From Phallusia mammillata (lineage: Eukaryota), in assembly GCA_965637545.1 (NCBI GenBank), contig OZ281500.1:9486001-9550000 (forward strand): DNA of 64,000 nucleotides, written 5' to 3'. The translations under genes were made by a program, and so were the position numbers. The notes under the pieces were generated by a model. It saw nothing but the letters and a program-made list of their open reading frames with translations, made no database searches and was not told the origin of the DNA. Below are positions 49,201 to 61,200 of the stretch, piece by piece; the stretch's first letter is position 1, and each line of letters begins with the position of its first letter.

Positions 49201-52200
49201 AAAGGGTTAGTGCAAACGGGTTAGTTGAACACACAAAATGCGAACTGTAACTAAGTTATGAAATAAAATGACTCTCGTTAGTTTATGTCAACGCAAAATC
49301 TAACATTTCGTTCTACAACAGCAAACGAAAGACGCCAACAATAAGCAAGAACTCACGTTGCCTGCTACGTATTCAAAACTGTCTTTGATGCTACGAAGTT
49401 GGTCTTTATCTGCTGGAGAAAGTTCGACAATTGAGGGCGATGCTTCAACCGATTTCGATTTTCGCGGCGTTGAAGCTAACTCACTGGCTGAAGTGTTAGC
49501 TGACGGAAGCTGTAATTCGCGCAATGGGGAAGACGGTTTCTATGCAATATGGAAAATAGTTACAACGCATGAAGTATGAAATTCGTATATCTGTAGTGAT
49601 CTGATCTTCAGTACATTTATATGTACTTGAATTGAATAGCTCAACAAACCGTGTTTTTATTACGAGTTTCGATCGATCACTCGTGAAACTAATGAAGTGA
49701 ATCTTCTACAGCATGGGCGAATAGAAAGTACTATCCGTAAAATATAATAAATTCAGTGTTTCTTTTTTCTTTCCTTGTTGCCACCGCCATGTAAGAAAAC
49801 AAGTAAAATGAAGTAGTCCGATACATATGTCCCAAGTACAGATTGAAAACCTTAATTACTAATAGTATTCGAAGACAAAGTTGTCGAAATTGAAACAAAG
49901 ACTACACACCGAAGGAAAACAATCTCTTACTCTTTCTTTGTTTTCGTGTTTTAAAACTTCAATGTTTTCCTTGAGCTTTGCGTTTTCAGCCTCGACTTCC
50001 TCTTTGTCAAGCAGATGCGCTTGAAGAAGAGCGCTTCTTTCCCGAGCCTCTTCCGCTTTTCTATTGGCTGCAGCAGTCTGCGCGCGAAGCGTTTCGAGGT
50101 CACGTGTCACTTTATCTACTTCTTTCTGTTTCTTCTTTAATGTGGCATAACTGTGCGAAGAAAGTTGGTTAAATCGTGTAACACTAAAAAATATAAACAT
50201 GTTGTTTTATTGTGGCCATTTTTGACATGTAGTTTGTAAATAACACAATATACTTTAAAACCCAACGTTTAAACGGCTATTATTAATTGATTCTATTATT
50301 AGTATTAAACACTTGGCAATCAGTTTTGTCATAAATATAGAGCAAGGGTTCTTAACCTGGGGTGCGAGAACTGTTCCTAGGGGGTGCGGGGATGCTGAAT
50401 CATTAAGGTTGGTTAGGTCTATTCTATTTAAGCAATTACAGAAGGGGGAGCGAAAATTGGTTAGTGATTTAAAAGGGGGTGCGAAAATTGGTTAGTGATT
50501 TGAAAGGGGGTGCGAAAATTGGTTAGTGATTTGAAAGGGGTGCAGCAAGGAAAAAAGGTTAAGAACCACTGATATAGAGTGTCACAAAGTCAATCTTTTA
50601 TAGTTTGCTTACTTATCCTCGATGTCCTGCAAACGATCCAGTTCGCTCTCTAGCTCCGCCAAGCGTCTGCTCATGTTGCGTTTCTCACGATCTGATTGCG
50701 TCACTTCCTGAAACCACTTGCGCGCCTCTTCCCTAGCCTTCGTCACTTCCTGTACCAGCGTAGGGCGATCGTCGGGAAGAAGCGAATGCTGATTGGCCAC
50801 TGCTCGGTCACGTGCTTCGAAAATGTCGGTATCATTTTGTTTGGAATCGTGTGGGGATTCCTTGCCTCTTTTTTTCTTTTCTTTACCTCTTCTTTCCGAG
50901 TCTTTAAAGTTTTGACTCGATTGGTCGGTTTGAACAGTTTCAGCTCTTGCTTCTCTCGGTCGTTGAGAATCTAGAGGTGATGATGGTTGCCGGACCGAAG
51001 ACAAAGAAGATGTGGAAGACGAAGACATATTGGTGCCTCTTTTTTGATCTTCATCTTTTGTTTTTAGTAACCCATTAGGAGAAACGGCTTCCTCTGGAAT
51101 CAAACCTTCACCGATGGTTGAAGATCGCGATGGACCGATGGGATCTGTTGCCTCTAGGGTTGCGTTATTCGAAGGCACAGATATAACACTAACCAAGTCT
51201 TCTCTCATAGGATCCGTGTTATGCAGTTCAGTAAGGCTGTCACTTTTAAGGGCGACTACATCTGGTTCTTGCACACCTGTGCCAAGTCTTAGGTTTTCAT
51301 CAAACTTGTCAATTGATTTTTCCTTTCCGCCCTTTTGTTTGTCGCCTAAACCAGGTACATCTTGGACTGAGTCGTCTTGCCCGAAAGGTGAGTTGCTTGG
51401 AGGGGCATTTTGTGTGTGGTCTTGAACGTCCATAGGTGAAGAAACGTTTAAGCGATTAGGACGCACATTTCCCAAGCTAACAGACTCAGAAGATGATGAT
51501 GAAGAACTGGTCTCGTCCTCTTTTTCGGGTTCAATGGGCTTAGCATCCGTTCCAATGTCTTCTGTGCTGCGATGAAGACCAACATGTGGCCAAATGTTAA
51601 TCGGTTCCTTGTGAATGGGACTCTTAACAGTGGAAGCGCTTCTTGGAGTATCAAGTACATCGCCAATATCGTGCACCTTTTGTTTCGCACTTTCGATGCC
51701 GCTGCGCAAAGGGCTTCTCATACGCTTTCCGTCGGAGTCTTCGTCAACCGATGAACTGGCTCTGACCGGTCCTGTCGACGATTCAAAAGATTCTGCACTG
51801 CGATGGGTTAAATCGCTTTTGCGTTGTGGCGAAGTTCTTGGGGTCGAGGAACGGGAAGATGACCGTGATCGGAACTGCATTGAGGTGTTAGGAGAGCGGA
51901 ATGAGGTAATTGGTGACGTCGGCATTGAGTTGACGTCGTTCAACGCTTGTCGAAGATTGTCGATTCGTTCTCGGAGGCTCGCGTTTTCCCTCTGTATTGA
52001 AGTTAAAATCAAAAAATGGAACACAGGTCAAATATATAAGGTACAAGTAAACATGTGCTTACCTGAAGCGATTCAATTTCCCATTTCAATTTTTCGATTT
52101 CTTTGTTCTTTTTCTGAACTTCCTTCTGCAATTTTTCGATCTCAAACTCTGATTCTTCAAGTTGATTGCATTTGTTTTTCAGATTGTATTGCTTTAGCTG

Positions 52201-55200
52201 AGTACAAAAACGTTATGTCGCCAGTAAATTCGGTTTACACAAGCCAATTTGCAAAGTTGGGGAGTTGTGTTATCGGGGTGATTTTATAGATTGAGTTCTT
52301 AGCTGCTAAGACTTAGCATATTACGTTGCATTGTAGGTTCGTAGCAGAGTTGCAAGCGGGCTGAAATCGTGCCCCAAACAGGCCCCGACCGATTTTTTCA
52401 AAATCCAAACACGAATGAGGCCCCAAAAGTGGTGAAAATGCCGTAAAATGACGCCGCGTGTCAAGTCAGACCGAATCAAGCCGGCCCTAACCCGATCCGA
52501 AAAACCGGGACTTCGTAGAAACAACTCTGGTTCGTAGAAACGCAAATAATGTGTAATGTGTATCTATAAGAGGCGTTTTAGTAAGCTGAAGTTACTTGAT
52601 CGTGTATATGCGAACCTCAATCATTTCTTGACAATCCTCGACTTGCTTCTCAAGATCCCGAACTTCCTCCATCATTTCCGTTTCCCGCTCTTTATTTTTC
52701 TTTTCCAGTTTTTTAGCTTCCTCATGATGTTGTTTCTTTACATTTTCTAGTTGATGTTGTAGCTCGTCAACCATCACGTCGCGATCTGAATTACAGATAA
52801 ATATGCGAAAATTTTTTTTTGTCTGCGCTCTTACCTTAAATTTTTGGACTACAAGGCATTTTAGATAAATCTCGAGTTATTTTAAAGTCTGCCCACATAA
52901 ACAGTGGTATTTTATACTTAAAACAGCTTACCTAACGACATTGACCCCTAGACAAAAAGTTTTTATTCGGAAGTTTTGGCATGGTGCCTTTTTTACCTTT
53001 AAGATCTTCTTCTTTTTCTTTTATCTTCGCCTTTAAATCTTCGGCTTCTTCCTCCAGTTCCAGTAGTCTTGCGTATTTTTCTCCATGGTTCGAGTTGTCG
53101 CTATCAGAATCACTTCTACTTTGTTGATCCTCATATTCACGCAGTTGTTCCCGAAGCTTCTCAGCCTGAACGACCATATAAGGAATGTTAATATTTAAAA
53201 ATCTACAAAATTTTCAGCTTTATGTTTTTAAGAACGAAACGAACCATAATGTTCAAAGCTAACCAAGTATGGTAAATTATAGGTAAAAGTGTAAGCAGTA
53301 AAGAAAAAGAGTAGCATTTTCACGTGATACTACAAATGTTAGTTCTGATGGGTGTTAAAAGAAAAAAAAACATAAAGTAAGAGCTAAAACAGAATAATGT
53401 CTGTTCAACATTAAGTTGATGAAAACCATTACCGCATGCAATAGATTTATTTGTGAGTGAAGTGAAATTTATTTTGGTGCACAAAATCCAAATTATATCA
53501 GTAAAAACCAACTTCGGCCTTGAAGTTGTCGCATTCCTTCTGCAGTTTTTGTATTTCCTCGTATTCCATCCGCTTTTTGAGGGTGAGAAGTTGTGTCTGA
53601 AGATTCATGCACCTTTTGTTCGCCATGTCCAGGTCCTGTCGGGCAAACGCGACCACGAGTTTGTGAATAGTTTGGAAAAGTAAGCAAAGTGGGTGCCAGA
53701 GCCACTACATGCATTTCGATATGAAGTAGAACAATGAATCAGTCAGATTTTTGTTCAATAAGCGAATGAAGAGCTTAAAAAATAGAAGGCACCAGTATTT
53801 AAGCGCCATATTTTTCAAAGGCCACCTTTCTATTAGGCATGAGTGGAGCATGCAAGGGAAGACAAATTACATCAACAGGTGTAACGATATTCTGTCTCAT
53901 CAAATTACTCACACTTCCTTTTAATTTAGAATAATCCTACCTTTCTGAAAAATAATTACATTTTTAAAACCCTTTTTAAAATACTTATATACCTGTTTAA
54001 GGTCTTTTCTCTCTTGGTCCGAAAAAATCCGATTGTTTCGTTCCAATAGCGCCACCTGGCCGCGGAGTGCGCTGATTTCACGTTCCATTGCTTCTTTGTC
54101 GTCCTGCGTCATCGCTGCCCCAGCTCCGTCGAGTAGTTCCTGCGCAGCAACAGTGGAAACATATAATGGAGCTTTATCTGCTAAAGCAACAATGAACAAT
54201 CGGCGACCCTTTGGCCTCGCGCTGACTTTCAAAACAAACCCGAGACACCTGTGACGGATTTATTGAAAAACTTACGGAAACTGTGTGGTGTATCTAGACA
54301 GAATTGCTACACTGTACTTTTCTACATTAAAAGTGTATGAAGGTTATCCAACAACATTATCTTTTACTGCCAGGTGTTTATACTAAGTTATGAAACGTAA
54401 TTTTACGTGAGTTTTGTCCATCAATTCTTTTATCCTGTAGACCCGCATCTATTAATATTACATAAGCATTAATTCGCACATGCACAAGAAAAAAAACTTT
54501 ACACTCTTTACATACACCGTTTAGATATGCGTTTGCATCAGCGGGTAAACCCACTTGGGTTATGTAGCCTAATACATTAAATGCAACAACATGTTCAGCA
54601 TTTTATGTTCAAAGACTAAAACGAACAACTTCTTACTCTCTCAAAAACACTTTTTGCCTACTGACCTGTCTCAGCATAGCGTCGATAGTGTTTCAATTAT
54701 CCAAAATACCACATATCAGGCATGACTTTCTTGCATTACCAACTCGGTATACATTGAGCTGCCACCTTCGTAAAAAACTCCTATACCCGTGCTGTGTTGA
54801 CTTCGCTTTAATTCGTGTTTTAGTTCGAAAATCGAATCACGCTAAACCTTGTTTGGCTGACAAATTTCCAGTTAGTCTGTGTCCGCTCAAAACGTAATGC
54901 GATGACCTTGTGTTTTTGGTTCGTGCGAGTGGCCACAAACGCTGAAAAGAAGTGTGGCGGCCCAAACTGACAAAAATAACACTAGCTCCATTATGGACGG
55001 ACACATTCAACTTTTGTTGATTGACGCAATAAATTGAGGTGAATAATTGGTTGTGCTATGAGAACTTTCACATGCTCGGTTTGTTTCAAGTATTAGCATT
55101 TATGTTGTTTATATTTTATCGAAGAGCTATAATAAACATTGAATCCACCTACATAAACTAAAAGTGTATTAATACTACGCCAGACCCTTTCTTGGAGCTT

Positions 55201-58200
55201 CTAAGCATCTTCTCAAACCCATAACAGGTGCTTCTCTGGCGCTGATTAACTAAACTACACTACCATAGTAGCAATAGCGTTGAAAAGCCAAATGTCATAA
55301 TGTGTCTGCGGATGTGACTTACCCATCCGCCTTAAACAACAACGCATTGTCCAAATTTTCTAATTCAGGCAAAAACTATTTTCAGTAACAACGACTTGAA
55401 ACGTCTTTTCATACCCAATCTTCGTTTGTTTCCTGAAATCCAAACACACCTACCTGATTTCGCTTCTTTAGTTTTTCGATCATGAGCTGGTATCCGACAA
55501 TTTCACTCTGCAACGATTTTATTTGATCACCGAGCGATGCCCCCAGTTTGGTGGCGATCGAGATAGATGGGGGTTCGGAGTCGGGGGTCGTCGTACCTTC
55601 CCCCTTTTCTGTTTGGGTCACTGGGGCTGGTATGTCGGCTTTATGCACAAAGAATAAACTTTGATAAAAACGACCTTGTGTACATTCAAGACACAAACAA
55701 ACTATACCATATAAATGTAACATATTAGAGATAGTTATGCTCGTAAGTAAAGTTTATGAGAACAGTTGCTAAAAACATATAGCTTACCTTCATTAAATCG
55801 CTCTTCGTCTGGTGCAAGTTTTTCACGTATGATACTACGTTGCAGGAGCAAGTCGTTCGCAAGACCGTCGGCCCCTGTACCGCCACCTTGTGACTCTGGT
55901 ATTGTTAACAATTCCGCCGCCAAACGAGTTGCCGAACCCGACGAGTGCGAACTGTCTATGTCCGAAACTTCATTTTCTGTGTAACAAACTACATAATAAT
56001 AGCAAACTACATTTATCCTGGATCTAAGCATTCGAAAAGTGCAACTCAACAGGGACCTACGTACGATCAAACAACTTAGTAGGCCATAAGCTTAATCCAA
56101 TAAACCATTTAATTAAAGTAACCTTCTTGACGTTTCGCTTTATTATATTTTAAGCCAGCCAAACAGGATTTTGCTTTTCAAAATGAAGAAAAATGTAATG
56201 AACGATGCTTTTTGGTGCAAAAAATATTAACCCACCAGTGTCAACCACGCCGTTTGTAGCTAATTGTCGTTGTTTTCTGGCTTTCTTTGTTTTCTTGAGT
56301 TCGCGTATAACGTCATCGAGGGAGAGTGTTTGGACGCACGCGTCGCACGACTTGGGTTTCATTTCGACACCATCCGGGGTCTGTAATACCAAGCGGTATA
56401 TTGTGTCGTTGCGCCCTTTCCCACAAGCGGCCAGATATCAAGTGGTAAGCATTACAACACAAACACGGTCACTGCACTTAAATTGTGGGTAAGGTTTAAA
56501 ACTATGCAACTATAGAAGATAGGTATCGCAAACACAGGATGTTTTTAGCCTTTAAAAAGTCAATATTTTGGTATTCTTCATAGTGTGCCATTCGCAAGCT
56601 TTGTAAGTTGATGACAGGTACATATCATTGTGTAGTAATTACATCGCATTCAATATTGCAAAGCGTGTTCTGTCCCATTTACTCTGCATTAAAAGTGATA
56701 GCAGTCAAAGCAAAAAATCTCAATTCAGGTTTAGTAAATGACATAAATACTCCAATGCTGCTACACTATTTTTATGGACTTAAAGCGTTAGTCCCCACGG
56801 TGCGTTTGACAAGACTTTTCAACGTTACTCTGAAAGTTAAAATTGTCTTTGGAAGAAAGAGTTTAAGACTCCGAAATAAAACATTGAATAGTAACTTTCT
56901 GGTCGAATTATGTAAACATGGAAAACAAAATTGTACGTAGGGAACATAAATATGATACTGTCAAACTCAACATCTTATGAGCTTTTTACAACGTCCTTTA
57001 GAGTTCGGAGCAGCATAGTAAGATTACTACAAACAAAACAAAATGGAATTCTAAGAAAGTTTTAAACAGCTGACATTAGTCGACTTCATTTACACTGTTT
57101 CGACTTCTGGTGGTTTAAAAAGTCCTAAAGTAGATAATTTTACAGTCGTCTGGTCAGCCTGTCATAGCGCTGATCCTGTGTGTTCTGAGATCTTATCTGT
57201 TCAACAATGAATATAGACCCTTTTGCTCCTTTTTGTAATTTGCTGAACTTACAACTTAACTCATTTTACTCGTTGGCCTACGCCCTTTTGAATGTGGCAC
57301 ATCTAGAGTAGCGCTATTCGCAACAATGAAACACAATGGCGCACATGTAAGCAAAACAAATACGCGATACGCCCATGTATGTTTCATACGACGGTCCTTT
57401 GTTGTCGCCAGCGTCCCTAAAACTTTGTGGCGGCGAAGGGGCCATTTTTAAACTTAATATTGTTTTATATTCCAGACTGCCCTGCAATTAACGTTCAGTG
57501 TTGGATGATAAAGTCACCTACAAGCTACTACAAGAAAATGAATATAAAATCTTTCATAAACTGCTGCTTTTAACGATTCTTTAAAATGTGCCTAAACAAA
57601 TATCTACATGATTTAATATCTCCATTACTAAATATATTAAACTGTATGGCGCCATAAAACTGTATCCAACGTCATGTATAATTTTAACATGTAAACCAGC
57701 TACTGGATCCTTGAACCTGTGAACAAGTTATACATGCCCTACGATACGATGCCAACCAAAGTTTATGGAGAGACAGAAACTTGTCCGGACATGACCCGCC
57801 GTTTTACAACCGGGATAGGAAGGGAATGGCGAGTAACGACCCGCCTTGTGTACTGTTACAATGCGACGCAAGCTTTGCGGCAAAAGAGCTTGTCGTGGCG
57901 GTGGCGTCTGTTCTGTTTGCGCAAGGACAGATCGATCTGGCGACCCCTAAGATTTTGTGTTGACTTCCCGAATTCTGTTGCCTTTGCGAACCGAACTTTA
58001 TACCAAGAATATACATTTTTGAGGTTAGTCTGGACAAAAGGACGATTTATAGCACAATAGGCTTTGAGGGATTGGCAGCCATGATGAACAACCCTAAAGC
58101 GGCGAAACTAAAAAAAATTGGCTCATTGGACAAAACATGCTATATAAATAACGTGAAAAGTGGAGCGCTTAAATGCATGCTCCACCTTAAAACTCTACAA

Positions 58201-61200
58201 AACAATCATCAAAACAATAAAACCAGCTGCGTAGAACTAGGTATTTAGCATTAAAACTAGGTATTAAAAACTTTGTCAAGCAAGTTCGGGCCTGATTGGT
58301 TGTTGAAAAGACTTTGAGGGGTTTTTAAACGTCGCAAACAAAACAGACTCAAACAAACCCTCATTTCTTATTCAGTCCGACAACAGACAAAAATTGCAAT
58401 TCTCCTGACTCATCACCCGTCACTCACCTCCACATGTTGTTCGCTTCCTTGGCGCATCATCTTCTGACACTCTTGATCGAGGTCAATCAGTCGACATTGA
58501 AGTTCATGGTTATCCTCTTCAGCACGTTGCAACTGGGACCGCAGTTCTTCAGCCATTTTCTGCACCTCCTGGTATCTATTAAAAAGACGAGACAAAAGTG
58601 TCAGGTTAATGCTGCCATTTGTTGTGTAATAGTTACTAATCACAGTTTTTAGTATTTAAGTACTAATGTCGGTTTTCAATATTTTATGTACTAATGTCAG
58701 CAAGTACTTATGTCGGCTTTTGGTATTTGTTCGGTAATTTCAGATTGTCGCACAGTGTAGAATTCTTTTAACTCGTTGGTTAAGCAGTTCTTTTTTAAAA
58801 ATCATTGCACTTGTATTTTTTGCTTTGAGCGAAAGTACGAATAAGAAATACGTTTAGTCCGCAAACTCTCTTCACAAAACAAAACTGATTGCAAACTCGT
58901 CATATAAGGTCATGTAAATATAAATAAAAAAGCAGACCGCACCAAAATTCTTCACTTGCCTTAAGAACATGAGCCTAAAGATTTTTTCGTTACCAATCGA
59001 AATAATCTTGACCTAAATTACTTTATATTGACATACAGTAAACGTTGCTAGCGCAAAAGATCAACGATTGCCCTGATACAGTTTGTTTAGCTCACGCTCT
59101 AAGATCTCTACGTAACAAAACAAATATTTGTACCTGGTACGCCATTGATTTTCGGCACCAGAAACTTGCTGCATTTGTGCCGTCGCTTCTTCCAGCTTTT
59201 TGTTTTTTGAATCCAGCTCCCCTTTCAATGAACTGTTGGTCGTTGATAGTTCGTCGATCTAACACGAAGTTAAAGCTTTTTTAATCAAATGTTATGTTCG
59301 GCGTGACCACCCTACCATTGGCTTACGCGGTAAGCCGTCAGTGCAGGGCGACGTTGTATTTAAGTTAGGGGCGGTGATGCCGCTTTAATCATGGATGGGT
59401 TGGGTAAGCTTACTTTATTTAGTAAAAGTTAACCACTTCGCCTTTACCAAACATCCTGGGCCAAATTCAGATCACCTAACTAATTCGAACAACTCAAAGA
59501 TGGACTTAACAAGTATGTTTCATGACAGGCTTGGTTTCAAAAAGTTTCTTAATTGCTTTCTCTCTTTCTAAGTTTGTACGCTATAATTATTAACAACGTC
59601 GTATATCAAGAAACCATCACCCTGAAAACTGTTTCCAAAGTCAATAATATAGGCTCGTAAATGACGCTTGGTCGCTTTTACTTTGGCCTTGACAACGTTT
59701 CATTAAAAAAACTTGAAATTATTAAATACTGTTTTTATTTTACTCCACAAAAATGCCCACAATCCAAATGTTTATCAACCGAAATTATGCACAATGACAG
59801 TTTACCCAACCACTTATATAATCGCAACATACCTGTGACTGGAAATTCTCATGTATGGCACCAAAAAACTCGCTCTGCATATCCTCGTTGTGTTTGGTAA
59901 GCTCCTCAACACGATCTCTTAGGGACACAGTTTCTTCTTCCATCTCTTGCACCTACATTGTCCGTAAAATTAACACCCAAACTCCGCAATCGTTAAAGCA
60001 CTCTTAACTTTGTGACCAGGTCGCCACAAATGCGATAAATTTCTGGGTGACACAGCTAGACGACATCGTAAAGTATGCTTTCGCGTGTAGTTATTCAATA
60101 CGTCAGCAATATGAATGTGTGCGTACACGATCGAGCTTGGATCTATGTCAACATAACCCATTGTTTGCGGTCGTCCTGAAAAGGTTATTTTCCGATTTTG
60201 GCGATTTAAACGATTTTAATAGTCGACGATTGAGCATTCCAATTCGAGGTTATAGTTACTTGCTGTCACGCTCTTGTTTAAAACGTCTTCCAAATAACGT
60301 AGAAAGACATAATAAGTTGTAAACTGACCTTTGCTTTATATTTTGCTATTTCATAGCCTTATATCTGCTATTTCCTAAGGAACTCTTGGTGTATTTTACA
60401 TTTACTCCTTAGTAGATTTCGCTGCTTAAATATACCCAAAGTTTCTCACAATACCTAGACGCTGGTTGGCCTTAAAGTACCGCTGGTTGAGACCTTCTAT
60501 CTTAGATGATGAAGACCACGTCAGTAATAATTTGAAATTTTTAGCATAAGGTCAAATGATTGGGTATTGTTTGCTTAGGTGTGGAATCGACACATACTGG
60601 TAGAAGCTGGTAAACACTTAAATAATGCAAACACAATGCGGAAGAACGTGATGTTTGGTGACGCCGAGCGTGTTGAGACTCATCGCGAAGCATGTGGTCA
60701 TAATTATTGTCAATCACGACCGTTTTTAGAGGTAATGTCTTTTACAAATCTTTTAAGCTGTAATAGTACCAATTCGGAGCCAAACGATCTACCTGTCAGA
60801 AATGGGTCACGACTACAGTAATACTGCCGTATGCCTTTTGGCCTTGTTGTAAACTTTTTCAAATAAAAAACTACACATTAGAAAACATTTTAGGAACACG
60901 CAGAAGTTAATTGACGTTGTTGTGAAGCGGGATTCGATTCCTTGTAATCAAGACTCAGGTCCAAGGTTAGGGTTTATCATGGTTTATTAGCTTTACAAAA
61001 GATAATAAGTTTTAGAAAACATGAAATACACAGTTGTAAACGGGCCGGAAATTGGAGCCCGAACCTAAATCGTTTTTGAGAAGCCCCGTCAGGCCCAAAA
61101 GTTTGGATGACAGGTGTATACAAAGATGTCACCGGAAAGACAAATACAACAAACACAAAAGACAATGGCCTTAACCATGGCGTTTTTGTGCTGATGGGCA

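Noticed and set aside
51615-52289. Plus-strand 224-aa ORF
   Set aside because: It is antisense to RIMBP-like exons and has no recognisable domain.
59300-59410. tRNA or hammerhead ribozyme
   Set aside because: No TTCRA T-loop, no acceptor stem and no CTGANGA...GAAA core on either strand.
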